Below, in pieces: positions 1 to 9,360 of a DNA stretch of 34,449 nucleotides. Below the pieces are notes generated by a model. That model had not been told where the DNA came from, did no database searches, and saw nothing but the letters and a program-made list of their open reading frames with translations. Every line of letters begins with the position of its first letter. The stretch's first letter is position 1. The DNA is taken from the sequence record DRR723986_3419; one strand, written 5' to 3'. The translations under genes and the position numbers were made by a program.

Positions 1-99
1 AGTCAGATTTCCATTTCAATCGCCTGCGCCGGGAGTCAGATTCCCATTTCAATCGCCTGCGACCGGAGTCAGATTCCCACCTGAATCGCCTGCGTACCG
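1..99. repeat. 33-bp tandem repeat, ~3 copies, probably truncated by the window edge
   Basis: Units start at 1, 34 and 67: AGTCAGATT(T/C)CCATTTCAATCGCCTGCG(CCGGG/ACCGG). The third copy is degenerate. No spacers. Confidence 0.9.
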
Positions 100-449
100 A
101 AACTCTCACAGCCTCTCAAGCTATTCAACCGCTCGTGACCCCAGACCCAGCGAAAAACAAAACCCTCAAAAAGCAAGCCCCCAAAAAAGGGGCGCTGCAA
201 TCTTTGGTGAGTTAAACGCGGACAAATCGGCTGAGTTAATTTGGGCCGGTGCGCGCATGTAGACGGGAAAAAATAATGCGACCACGCAACAGATGGCGCT
301 CAATAAAAAGGCAATTCGCCGGAAGGCACGTGCCAAGGGATTTTTTGCTTGCACCGCTTTCGCTATTTTCGCGCTGAAATCTTGTGGAGTTATTAAAGCA
401 TAACGCCGTTCGATTGCTGATGCTCCGCCAATGATGCGTACACAGGCAC

Positions 450-1919
450 ATGTTATTTAACTCCTTCACCTTTATGTTGGCATTCCTGCCGCTGAGCCTC
501 CTGGGCTACTTTAACCTGAACAGGTTGCTGGGCGCGCGGGCTGGAAAAGTGTGGCTGGTATGTGCCTCGCTGACCTTCTACAGCTGGTGGAACCCAGTGT
601 ATCTGCCGCTGATACTGGGGTCGATGTTCTTCAACTTTTACGTTGGAGGCAGGCTGGGGCGCAAAGACATTGCCGGGCCGAAGCGTGGCCTGCTGATAGG
701 CGGGGTGACGGTTAATCTGCTGCTGCTGGGCTATTTTAAGTATGCCGACTTTTTTATTGGCAACCTGAACTGGGTGCTGCGCAGTGACATTCCCTTGCTG
801 GAGTTAGTGCTGCCGCTGGCGATCAGCTTTTTTACCTTTCAGCAAATTGCCTACCTGGTGGACTCGTACCGCGCTGAAACACGCGAATACGACTTCCTGA
901 ACTACGCGCTCTTCGTCACCTTTTTTCCGCAATTGATTGCCGGGCCGATTGTGCATCACAAAGAGATGATGCCGCAGTTTGCCGCGGACGAACACAAAAA
1001 TCTGCGGGCCGATAACCTGGCACGTGGCGTTTTCCTGTTTAGTCTGGGCCTGTTTAAGAAAGTGGTGATAGCCGATACGCTGGCGATTTGGGCGACGAAT
1101 GCTTACGACGTGGCCGCTACAGTGACCTTTGTGGAAGCCTGGGCGGCGGGATTGTGTTATACGCTGCAGCTCTATTTTGACTTTAGCGGTTACACGGATA
1201 TGGCGATCGGCGCGGCGCTGATGTTTAACATTCGTCTGCCGCTTAACTTTGCCGCGCCGTACAAGGCATTGGATCTGCAGGACTTCTGGCGGCGCTGGCA
1301 CATCACGCTCGGGCGTTTTTTGCGTGACTACGTCTACATTCCACTGGGCGGCAATCGCGCGGCGGAGTGGCGCACGTGGAGCAATCTGTTCCTGACATTT
1401 TTGCTGGGAGGGTTGTGGCATGGCGCGGGCTGGACCTTTGTGATCTGGGGCGCGCTGCACGGCATTGGACTTGTGGTGCATCGCTGGTGGAACCGCGCCG
1501 GTTTGCGGATGCCGAACTGGCTGGGCTGGCTGACAACTTTCCTGTTTGTGCATTTTACCTGGGTGTTTTTCCGTGCGGAAACATTTAGCGATGCGCTTAA
1601 ACTGCTGCGCGGCATGTTTGGGCTGGAAGGTGTTGTACTGCGCGAATCGATGGCGGGGCGGCTGGGCTGGCTGAAGGACTATGGCGTTGAGTTTGGCGTG
1701 ATGTTCGGCAATGTGCGCGGCACCACGGCGGGCTACGAAACTGAATATCTGCTGATTCTGTTTGGGGCGCTGCTGGCGGCCGTGCGTTTCCGCGACTCAA
1801 ATCAATTGGTGGCGGAGCTGCAGTTTAACTGGCGTACGGCGCTGCTCGGCGCGCTGCTGCTGACCGTGGCAATTATTTGTATGAGCCGCATCAGCGAATT
1901 CCTGTATTTTAACTTTTAA
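450..1919 (+). CDS. MBOAT family O-acyltransferase (AlgI/PatA/DltB-like)
   Basis: Starts MLFNS. Motifs LPLAISFFTFQQIAY, FFPQLIAGPI, YFDFSGYTDMAIG, DFWRRWHITL and GLWHGA (catalytic His). C-terminus is EFLYFNF. Confidence 0.95.
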   Translation: MLFNSFTFMLAFLPLSLLGYFNLNRLLGARAGKVWLVCASLTFYSWWNPVYLPLILGSMFFNFYVGGRLGRKDIAGPKRGLLIGGVTVNLLLLGYFKYADFFIGNLNWVLRSDIPLLELVLPLAISFFTFQQIAYLVDSYRAETREYDFLNYALFVTFFPQLIAGPIVHHKEMMPQFAADEHKNLRADNLARGVFLFSLGLFKKVVIADTLAIWATNAYDVAATVTFVEAWAAGLCYTLQLYFDFSGYTDMAIGAALMFNIRLPLNFAAPYKALDLQDFWRRWHITLGRFLRDYVYIPLGGNRAAEWRTWSNLFLTFLLGGLWHGAGWTFVIWGALHGIGLVVHRWWNRAGLRMPNWLGWLTTFLFVHFTWVFFRAETFSDALKLLRGMFGLEGVVLRESMAGRLGWLKDYGVEFGVMFGNVRGTTAGYETEYLLILFGALLAAVRFRDSNQLVAELQFNWRTALLGALLLTVAIICMSRISEFLYFNF

Positions 1920-1953
1920 CTGAATATTTAGAAGCAGAGGATGCACCTTTGAT

Positions 1954-3024
1954 TTGAATACACTTGCTCCAAATACTGCAGAAACAACTGCGCCGGCACG
2001 GCGTTGGCTGGGAATCTTCGGGCTGTGCAGCGCCCTGTTCCTGGCTGCCATCTGCGTGTTTAACTGGAGCGTGGACCCGCTGGCCTGCCGCAGTAAAGCC
2101 GGCGCATATGTGGACCTGATGTACGATGACTCGCCCGAATTTGTGAAGGCGCGCTTTGACGGTGGGGCTTATGACCTGGCGCTGATTGGATCTTCGCGCC
2201 TGTTTCGCATGAATCCTTGGTTCCTGGATTCTTTGACGGGCAAATATTCGGTTAACCTTTCGGTTGCGGGCGCACCGTTCAGTTTAAATGTGATGCTGCT
2301 GGAACGTGTTAAACAGCGCGGCAGCGCGGTTCTGTGCGGCTTTGATGCATTTACGATGAATCAGGCGCGTGAGGAATATGCGGAGGAATCGGCTAAGCTG
2401 CAGCGTTTTACGCAGGTGTTTGAGAGCCCGGCCTGGGCGGACTTCATGACGGTGCGTCTGTTAAACTACGGGACGCTGCGGCAGAGCGCGCGCGTGATGT
2501 ATCGGCATGTGATTAACAAACCTTCCGGTGCGGCAATTGCGGCCTGGAACGCCGAAACTTCCTCGATGCACACGGAGCTTATCCCCGAATCATTTGCTGC
2601 TGAGAGCGGAAATAAGTTCTCAAATTACAAGATGTATCCCGACTCTGTGCTGCTGCATTTTGCGCAGCTGTTTGAGCCGGGAGATATGATAATTATTCCA
2701 GCCAAGTTCCACCGCTGGTACGACTACTTTGACGACTACGGCGTCTCCGAGCAGTATTTTAAGGCAATCGAATTGCTGGTTAACAACACAGATGCGGCGG
2801 TCTACAGTTATTACGGCCGTTCGGAGCTGACGCGTGATTCAACGAATTTTGACGAATTCGGTTGGCACTATAAACCACGTGTAGCGCGGCAGATGTTAAA
2901 GCGCATATACGCCGGCGCAGACACGCAGTTTGGCGTGCGTTTGACGCCCGAAAATGTGCTTGCTTACCTGGATGAGCTGCGTCAACGTCGCTATGACTTC
3001 GCTGCAGGGCGCCGGTCAAAATAA
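1954..3024 (+). CDS. Membrane-anchored SGNH-like acyltransferase partner (AlgJ/DltD-like)
   Basis: N-terminal TM ending FNWSVDP, block-I-like LIGSSR, NLSVAGA, and late NFDEFGWHY. Lies directly after the MBOAT gene. TTG start with AGAGGA upstream. Confidence 0.7.
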   Translation: MNTLAPNTAETTAPARRWLGIFGLCSALFLAAICVFNWSVDPLACRSKAGAYVDLMYDDSPEFVKARFDGGAYDLALIGSSRLFRMNPWFLDSLTGKYSVNLSVAGAPFSLNVMLLERVKQRGSAVLCGFDAFTMNQAREEYAEESAKLQRFTQVFESPAWADFMTVRLLNYGTLRQSARVMYRHVINKPSGAAIAAWNAETSSMHTELIPESFAAESGNKFSNYKMYPDSVLLHFAQLFEPGDMIIIPAKFHRWYDYFDDYGVSEQYFKAIELLVNNTDAAVYSYYGRSELTRDSTNFDEFGWHYKPRVARQMLKRIYAGADTQFGVRLTPENVLAYLDELRQRRYDFAAGRRSK

Positions 3025-3078
3025 CGTAAGAAAATGTGTTAAGCACTTCCCCTAGTTATTCACTTGAGAGTATTTACC

Positions 3079-3753
3079 ATGATTCTGCAAATTCCGAATG
3101 TTTTAAGTGAGTCAGAATGTGCTGCCATTGAAAATGGCCTGAAGTCCGCTACATTCGTGGACGGTCGCCTAACGGCTGGGCCAGGTGCGCGTGATGTTAA
3201 AAATAATATGCAACTGGACTTCCCGCGCAGTGAACATGGTGTGGCGCTGGAACAACTGATTTTTGGGGCGCTGGGGCGCAACGCTTCGCTCAGTGCTGCA
3301 GTTTTACCGAAGGCCTGGTCAAATGTGCTGATCAGTCGTTACGAGCCGGGCATGAGTTATGGCCGCCACGTGGATGCGCCGATTCTGGGGCAGACACCGC
3401 CGGTGCGCAGTGATGTCTCGGTAACGATTTTCCTTAACGAGCCGAGCGAATACGAGGGCGGCGAGTTAACAATTCACGACGGCGACAGGAGCCAGAAGTT
3501 TAAGTTAAAGCGCGGTGATGCGGTAGCCTATCCGACGTATTTTCTGCACGAGGTGGCGGAGGTGACGAGCGGGCTGCGTACGGTTGCGGTCCTATGGCTG
3601 CAGAGTGTTGTGCGCGATCCGTTTAAGCGCGATTTGCTGTTTGATCTTAACAAAGCGCAGAGTCAGTTAACTATTGATTCGCCGAATGGGGAAGTGACGC
3701 AGCTGGTGCGCAACTCCTATGCAAATCTGGTGCGAATGTGGTCTGAGGTGTGA
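3079..3753 (+). CDS. PKHD-type Fe(II)/2-oxoglutarate-dependent dioxygenase (PiuC/YbiX family)
   Basis: MILQIPNVL, FVDGRLTAG, YGRHVD (HxD), RSDVSVTIFL, YEGGEL, LHEV..VTSG.R, YANLVRMWSEV. ATG at 3079 preferred over the TTG at 3064. Confidence 0.92.
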   Translation: MILQIPNVLSESECAAIENGLKSATFVDGRLTAGPGARDVKNNMQLDFPRSEHGVALEQLIFGALGRNASLSAAVLPKAWSNVLISRYEPGMSYGRHVDAPILGQTPPVRSDVSVTIFLNEPSEYEGGELTIHDGDRSQKFKLKRGDAVAYPTYFLHEVAEVTSGLRTVAVLWLQSVVRDPFKRDLLFDLNKAQSQLTIDSPNGEVTQLVRNSYANLVRMWSEV

Positions 3754-3910
3754 CAGGGGCTGGGTTTGATTGAAATTGTTGGCTGTTAAGCGACTCTACC
3801 GTGGCGCCCTTGTTGCACTGCCGGCTTACGGTTTTGAGCACTGCGCCGCTGCGATGACTTTGGCGGCTGGCTTGTTCTTTTTGTTTGGCATTGGGTGATC
3901 AGTTGTTAAA

Positions 3911-3950
3911 TATTTGAGGCTGTGTGAATTTGCGCAGCCTCAAGTGTTTT
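3911..3950 (+). terminator. Long hairpin followed by TTTT; possible terminator of the MBOAT-SGNH-oxygenase unit
   Basis: TTGAGGCTG...CAGCCTCAA stem extended by G-U pairs, then GTGTTTT. Confidence 0.5.
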
Positions 3951-3979
3951 AGGCTGTGGCAGAAACTGCCGGCTTGTGG

Positions 3980-4015
3980 CCTGATGCCTGACCTGATGTC
4001 TGGCCTGGTGTTTTG
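3980..4015. repeat. Degenerate 12-bp tandem repeat x3
   Basis: CCTGATGCCTGA / CCTGATGTCTGG / CCTGGTGTTTTG. Confidence 0.6.
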
Positions 4016-4200
4016 TGGCTGATGTGTTAAAAGACTTGAGGCTCGGTGGTTTGGGGCTTGTGGCTCAGTGACTAACAAGAGAACTCATAGAAAGCCACGC
4101 GGACTGTTAATGCAGCACAAAACTATTGGTGAGTTTTAACTGCGTGAGCTGCTCAGGCTGCCCATTATTCCTGAACTTGTGTTTATGCGAAGCTGTTAAC

Positions 4201-4238
4201 AAAAAAAAAGCCGCTCCATCCCAAGGATGAAGCGGCTT
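4201..4238 (-). terminator. Rho-independent terminator of the 4276-6270 gene
   Basis: Minus strand reads AAGCCGCTTCATCC-TTG-GGATGGAGCGGCTT followed by a long T run. Confidence 0.88.
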
Positions 4239-4275
4239 CTATTTACATGCGCATTTGAAAACGCGTCATTCACGA

Positions 4276-6270
4276 TTAACGTGAGATGACGAAGCTCTCA
4301 GCAACGCTGGCACCATCGAGGGTTACCTGAACGAAGTATGTACCGCCAGTACGTTCGCCGGCTTCGAAGGAAAGTGAGTGCGGTCCTGCAGGCAGCATGC
4401 CATCTTGCAGAGTTGCAACTTTACGTCCGAAGAGGTCAAAAACGTTAACCTGAGCAACACCGTTATTCGGCAGAGTAAAGCTGATAGTAGCTTGAGCTGC
4501 AACCGGGTTAGGTGTGATTGCTACGTTTGTAGCTTTAGGCAGGGATTCACCTTCACCAACGCTTGAGCCGATCAGGACATCATAGAGATCCAGTTTGGCA
4601 TACATCACGTGCTGGTTGTCAAAGATTTGACGCTGTGCGATGTTAAGGTTAAGTGAGTCAGTTGGGTCTTCCTGTGAGTTTAACCATGCATTGGTAGCAA
4701 AGTTTGTACGGTTCGTGATGAACGGAACTTCTCTGAGACTTGGAAGCGTACGAGGCATCCAGGTTGTTTTCTCGTGGAAGATACTGTTCGTAACGTTAAC
4801 AACCGGACCCCATGAGTCAACACCAATTTCACGAGCTGTGAAGAAGATGTCATAGGCTGTGATTTCTGTTTCTTCGCCGTTAATTACAACGGTGTAAGGC
4901 ACCAGGTCAACCCATTTAGCGAGCATGAACTCAGGCGTGTCAGGATTGTTGTCTTCCGTGATTGAGATTTGGATGTCCGGCAGCGTTTGTGGCTGGTCAC
5001 CATCGTTGTTGTCGAAGTCAGCCTGTGAACCGAAGAAGGACTGGAAAGTACCGGTGTTGAGACCGATAGCACGAATTGTCCATTCGCCGGAGCGGTATTC
5101 GAGTTCGAGGATGCGGTCGAGTGTACCACCGTCAACGTTTTCAACGAGTGAGCAAACGAAGATAACGTGGTCTTCACCGATAACTTGCATGTCCTGACCG
5201 AGCAGGAAGTAGACGTCGTTAGTTGGGAAAACGGCACCGAGTCCTGTCAGGAAGTCGATGAATACCTGCTCAGGCATGTAGTCCCACTCAGTCCAGCTGT
5301 CGCCAAGGTCGGATGTTTTGATGACCATCGGTACGTCCCATGCAGCGTTGCCGTTTTCACGGTGTTCGCCGATGACACCAACATAGAGGTCGTTGTTGTG
5401 CCAGTCGATTTGAACCATGCGGTTTGTGCGCAGGTCTTCGGCAGCAGTTGTACCGATATCTTGTGGTTCGTCAAATACCGTTGTTTGGAACGGAGGAGGA
5501 ACCATTGCAACCGGCTCATCATCTTCGGCAAAGTTGTAGCGGATCATACCGATGTTGTTGTTCTGAACCGGAAGCGCAAATTCAGGAGCGTCCAGGTGAA
5601 CAAAAGCGATACCGGTTTGACCGTCGGGAGCGATTGTCAGGCATGTACCTGGCAGCCAGGAGTACTCTTCGCCTTCGATGACGAATGGAGGCACGGCGAT
5701 TTCAAATGGATCAGGAGCGTCACCGAAGGTGAAACCGATACCATAGTAACCCCAGCCACCGTTTACGAATGGGTTGGAGTGCACGAATGTCAGGTCTGCA
5801 ATGCTGGATGCGCCTTCAGGTGAGTGGATCGCAACGTTGGGGTAGCGCAGTGAATCCTGGACGTTTTCGCCTGGATCCTGCAATGGTCCGAGTGATTCTG
5901 ACCATGTGTCGCCAAGGTCGGTTGAGTAGCGCAGGAAGCCGCGGTTACGATTGAAGACTGGATCACCTTCGATACCACCGCGGAGGACGGTAACGAGGAT
6001 TCCGGTTTGCGGGTCGTATTCGAGTGGCGTTTGTGTGCCATTATAATACGAGAAGCCATTTTCCAGCGAATCGAGAATTTTGGGGTTGAGGGAGAGCAGG
6101 ATGTCTGCTTGTTTTTTGACACGCAATTGCTGAGCCCGGGCTCCTGGGTCATCAGATTTTTGCAGGCCCATTTTTGCACGCGCTTCGGCGGTAGTGTAGC
6201 GGGCTTCGCTCACTGCAGTCGAAACCACGAGGCCGGCCAAGGCCGTGCAAAGTAGTTTGCTAATTTTCAT
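4276..6270 (-). CDS. T9SS type A CTD-containing secreted protein with Asp-box (BNR) repeats, acidic
   Basis: Start reassigned to MKISKLL (GGAG RBS upstream, signal peptide ending VSEA). Asp boxes STDLGDTW and TSDLGDSW. CTD with PNP, VNVFDLFGRKV and GGTYFVQV. Confidence 0.85.
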   Translation of the reverse strand: MKISKLLCTALAGLVVSTAVSEARYTTAEARAKMGLQKSDDPGARAQQLRVKKQADILLSLNPKILDSLENGFSYYNGTQTPLEYDPQTGILVTVLRGGIEGDPVFNRNRGFLRYSTDLGDTWSESLGPLQDPGENVQDSLRYPNVAIHSPEGASSIADLTFVHSNPFVNGGWGYYGIGFTFGDAPDPFEIAVPPFVIEGEEYSWLPGTCLTIAPDGQTGIAFVHLDAPEFALPVQNNNIGMIRYNFAEDDEPVAMVPPPFQTTVFDEPQDIGTTAAEDLRTNRMVQIDWHNNDLYVGVIGEHRENGNAAWDVPMVIKTSDLGDSWTEWDYMPEQVFIDFLTGLGAVFPTNDVYFLLGQDMQVIGEDHVIFVCSLVENVDGGTLDRILELEYRSGEWTIRAIGLNTGTFQSFFGSQADFDNNDGDQPQTLPDIQISITEDNNPDTPEFMLAKWVDLVPYTVVINGEETEITAYDIFFTAREIGVDSWGPVVNVTNSIFHEKTTWMPRTLPSLREVPFITNRTNFATNAWLNSQEDPTDSLNLNIAQRQIFDNQHVMYAKLDLYDVLIGSSVGEGESLPKATNVAITPNPVAAQATISFTLPNNGVAQVNVFDLFGRKVATLQDGMLPAGPHSLSFEAGERTGGTYFVQVTLDGASVAESFVISR

Positions 6271-6464
6271 ATGATACACGCTCCAAAAAAAATTAGAATG
6301 ATGTTTATAAAAAACAATCAAAAGTAGTGTCGTAGTGTTATGGCGCCTGGAATACAAGAATACCGGGCAGTCGTAGAGAAGGTCACGCTGCGGCTGAAAC
6401 ATCCAGCGGCAGTATGAGCGTTAGTCACATAATAGCACGATCGTAAAAAATCGTTAACCTATAA

Positions 6465-6491
6465 ATTATACATATTTCACTTCTCCATCAA
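6465..6491 (-). promoter_or_regulatory. Possible sigma70-like promoter for the 4276-6270 gene
   Basis: Minus strand TTGATG-N15-TATAAT. The spacing is short. Confidence 0.3.
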
Positions 6492-6983
6492 ATACCATGT
6501 TGCAGCAAGGTATCCCGGGATAATAGATGTAGTGAGTGCGAAATTGGTTTCATCGGGAATCCAAAAATCGACTTGTGTTGGGTAGAATGCGGCCCTCCGC
6601 CGGGCGCATGTACTACTGATTTTTGGTTTTGACCACAGATTATACGGCATGCAGGCTGATGCCGTAATTTCTGGAGACAGGGCTCATCTATTATGCGCTG
6701 TTTTGCGCCCAACCACAAAGATTGCAACGAAGTTCCACAGCTGGTAAGTGTAAAACGCTTTTTTCTTCGGCGAAAATTTCAGATTTTGGCATGCTTGAGT
6801 GGAAACTCGAGACTTTGGCAAAGTGTGTCTGGCGCATATCAATTTGGCGCCAGGGCATGCACCACAAGGCCGCAAAAGAGTTGATTCCGCAGATAGGCCG
6901 GCAGCGCGAGAGCATTGCCGGAATCATTTGAGGAAAGAACGGTGTACTGGCAGTATGAATGACGGCATGGAGACAATAGTCGA

Positions 6984-8822
6984 ATGAGAAAATCTGGAAT
7001 GCGCCTGAAGTCCAATAGCAGGTCAATTTATGGACTGACAGCGCTGGTGGTACTGGGCCTGATATTAGGCAGTGGTGAGCCCACCGGTACCTTCGCAAAG
7101 AAGTCCAAAGATGAACTGCAAGCTGAGCGACGCACTGTAAACGCCGGCTACACATATTTCCACCGCCAAACACAAAACTCTCTATCTCAACGCCTGGATT
7201 ACCTGCCGGAGCAAAACCTGCTGCGACTGGTATGGATGGGTGCTGTAGATGAACAGGGGGCAGAGACACGCGGCAGCTACTACACACTTTACGACCTGCG
7301 CGATGATGATATGGCGCAGGTCAGCGACTGGAAGCGCGTGGAGTTTGCGAATGCCGGCTGGCCCGACATGAGCAGATATTCTGACGGTACGATTGGGATT
7401 GCCTCACACACGCCTGCTCAATTTTCAAAAAACAGTCGGCTGCGCGAAGAATCGTTCCAAACGATCAGCGCAGCCCCATTTTCGACGTTCTTTCCGCGTT
7501 CAGCAGTTGGTACTTCTGACCGCACACACATGGTATACACCTATGTGTCGGGTTCCAAAGCGCGCCACAGCTACTATGTGCAGTCCGACGACCTGGGCTC
7601 TACCTGGTCGAGCGAGCTGGCGATGACGAGCAGTGCTTCACCGGATGGTGCCGGTCCGCGGATGCTGGAGTTTGACGCGGTTGATCTGGATGCGCGTGGC
7701 GACGATGTTGTTTTTGTCTATCTGGACGGCAACCACACTTTGCACCAACGCCGTTCGAGCGACAATGGCGCCAGCTGGCAGAATCTGACGACGGTTATGC
7801 AGCCAGAATTTACACGCTTTAACGACCTCGGTACGGTCAGCGGTTCGGCGGTATTCGTCAGCGATACAGTTTTTGCACCTGGCTCTGATTTTGACGTTAG
7901 AATTGACGGTCTTGGCCGAGTGCATCTGGTCTTCTCACTTCTGCGCGTATATGTTTCCGGACTGGGAGCACGCCAGGGTGGGGAAATTGTACGTGACGGC
8001 CGTGATACGATCCATGTGGACACGACGGCCTTTGGTCGTTTCGGTTTGGCGTACAAGTTGGACAATCAGGCAGGATTTACGGAGATAGGCAGACCGGGTG
8101 GCGATACCTGGGATGGAGTCGGCACTTTTGTGGAACGCGGAACAGCCAGCAGCTACTCGCGTTACCCGCAACTGGCGCTGGACGCCGATAACCGGCCATA
8201 CTGTGTGTATACGTCCGTCAAAAACGGCGATATGACAGATCTGACGCGTGCGGGTGACCCCGTTACGATTAGGGATGCGCTCTATGGGCACATTTATGTG
8301 ACGCGTGAGCTAAGCCCAGGGAACTGGACGGTGGCGCAGGATCTGAGCCCGGAGGGCCGGGACTGCATGTATGGCGCGGTGGCTCCCTTCGTGGATGATC
8401 ACTTGTTCATAGCCTGGCAGCAGGGGGACCGGCCTGGTTTGCGCCTTGAAAATGAGAATCCCGAGCTTGACTCGGTTGTAATTCTACGTTTTCCTGTTGA
8501 GGACCTGACGGATGTGATTGCATCGGTGTCTGAATTGACGCAGGTGCCTGCGACCAGTCAATTTGAGCTGGAAGTTTTTCCGAATCCAGTAGGTACAGAA
8601 TTTACTTTGCGCGTGAATGCGCAGCAGACGGCGGATGTAGAGCTAAGGCTTTACGATGCGATCGGCAATCTGATTGGCAATTTATATCGCGGACGGGTCG
8701 CTACCGGCGTGACGGATTTGCCGATTTCGATTGAAAATTTTCAACTTCCTGATGGAGTATATTACTGCACGATTTCGGACGGTCGCTCGCAGGCGGGCAT
8801 CGGTCTAAGATTTTTTCAGTAG
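6984..8822 (+). CDS. T9SS type A CTD-containing secreted protein with Asp-box (BNR) repeats
   Basis: N-terminal hydrophobic segment. Asp boxes SDDLGSTW and SSDNGASW. CTD with VFPNPV, LYDAIGNLI and LPDGVYYCTI. Start could alternatively be 6999. Confidence 0.85.
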   Translation: MRKSGMRLKSNSRSIYGLTALVVLGLILGSGEPTGTFAKKSKDELQAERRTVNAGYTYFHRQTQNSLSQRLDYLPEQNLLRLVWMGAVDEQGAETRGSYYTLYDLRDDDMAQVSDWKRVEFANAGWPDMSRYSDGTIGIASHTPAQFSKNSRLREESFQTISAAPFSTFFPRSAVGTSDRTHMVYTYVSGSKARHSYYVQSDDLGSTWSSELAMTSSASPDGAGPRMLEFDAVDLDARGDDVVFVYLDGNHTLHQRRSSDNGASWQNLTTVMQPEFTRFNDLGTVSGSAVFVSDTVFAPGSDFDVRIDGLGRVHLVFSLLRVYVSGLGARQGGEIVRDGRDTIHVDTTAFGRFGLAYKLDNQAGFTEIGRPGGDTWDGVGTFVERGTASSYSRYPQLALDADNRPYCVYTSVKNGDMTDLTRAGDPVTIRDALYGHIYVTRELSPGNWTVAQDLSPEGRDCMYGAVAPFVDDHLFIAWQQGDRPGLRLENENPELDSVVILRFPVEDLTDVIASVSELTQVPATSQFELEVFPNPVGTEFTLRVNAQQTADVELRLYDAIGNLIGNLYRGRVATGVTDLPISIENFQLPDGVYYCTISDGRSQAGIGLRFFQ

Positions 8823-9072
8823 TGAAAAATGTCGTTTGACGGGAACCAGGGGCGGATTCACACCGTTTAACGGCGGGCTACAACTATTCCACTGCTTTTC
8901 AAGTCAAAAGAAAGTTCATTATTTGCGCTTTCTTATCTATCTTTCGACTTTTTTTGGCGCAAGCCGGGGAAAAAGCAAAGAGTTGTTGGCAAGAATACCG
9001 ATGCACATGGTGTTTGCCGAGGTAGGTGTGGACCATCCGCATTTTTACCTTGTGCTGTGAGGGTTACCAGGA

Positions 9073-9100
9073 TGTAACCTTTTTGCAAAGGGACTTGTCT
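9073..9100 (+). promoter_or_regulatory. ECF-sigma-type promoter upstream of the TBDR unit
   Basis: TGTAAC-N17-TGTCT, resembling the AAC-N16/17-CGT/GTC architecture of ECF promoters. Confidence 0.55.
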
Positions 9101-9360
9101 ACGCAGGAGTTTCGCGAGTACAAACCGGCGAATGTGATATCAAACGGCCATTCATGCGCCTTGCGCTTGGCGCGGCCTTAGGCTTTGATGACACATGGGT
9201 ACGGCGCGAGGCGGCATGCAGTTTCAAAAAAAACTGCAGAAAAATTACATCGAGCAAAAATTACAGACATATTTCAATGAACCATTGAACGTCAGCGCCG
9301 CAGCCTCGAGTGTTTCACCGAATCGGCCGCGTTCATCTATTAACTGAAGGAGTTGGACCT

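Noticed and set aside
1-99. CRISPR array
   Set aside because: Repeats are head-to-tail with no unique spacers, and there are no cas genes in the window.
6271-6402. N-terminal extensions in the ORF track (also 9310, 12547, 16747, 21335, 26466, 27718)
   Set aside because: Downstream ATGs fit better on RBS, signal peptide, gene overlap or family N-terminus.
6488-6987. Small ORFs in the divergent spacer, and 8836-9060
   Set aside because: No RBS, atypical composition and overlapping putative promoter regions.
9100-9360. Cobalamin, TPP or c-di-GMP riboswitch in the TBDR leader
   Set aside because: No B12 box, no CUGAGA/ACCUG core and no GEMM GAAA/CGCAAA architecture recognised.
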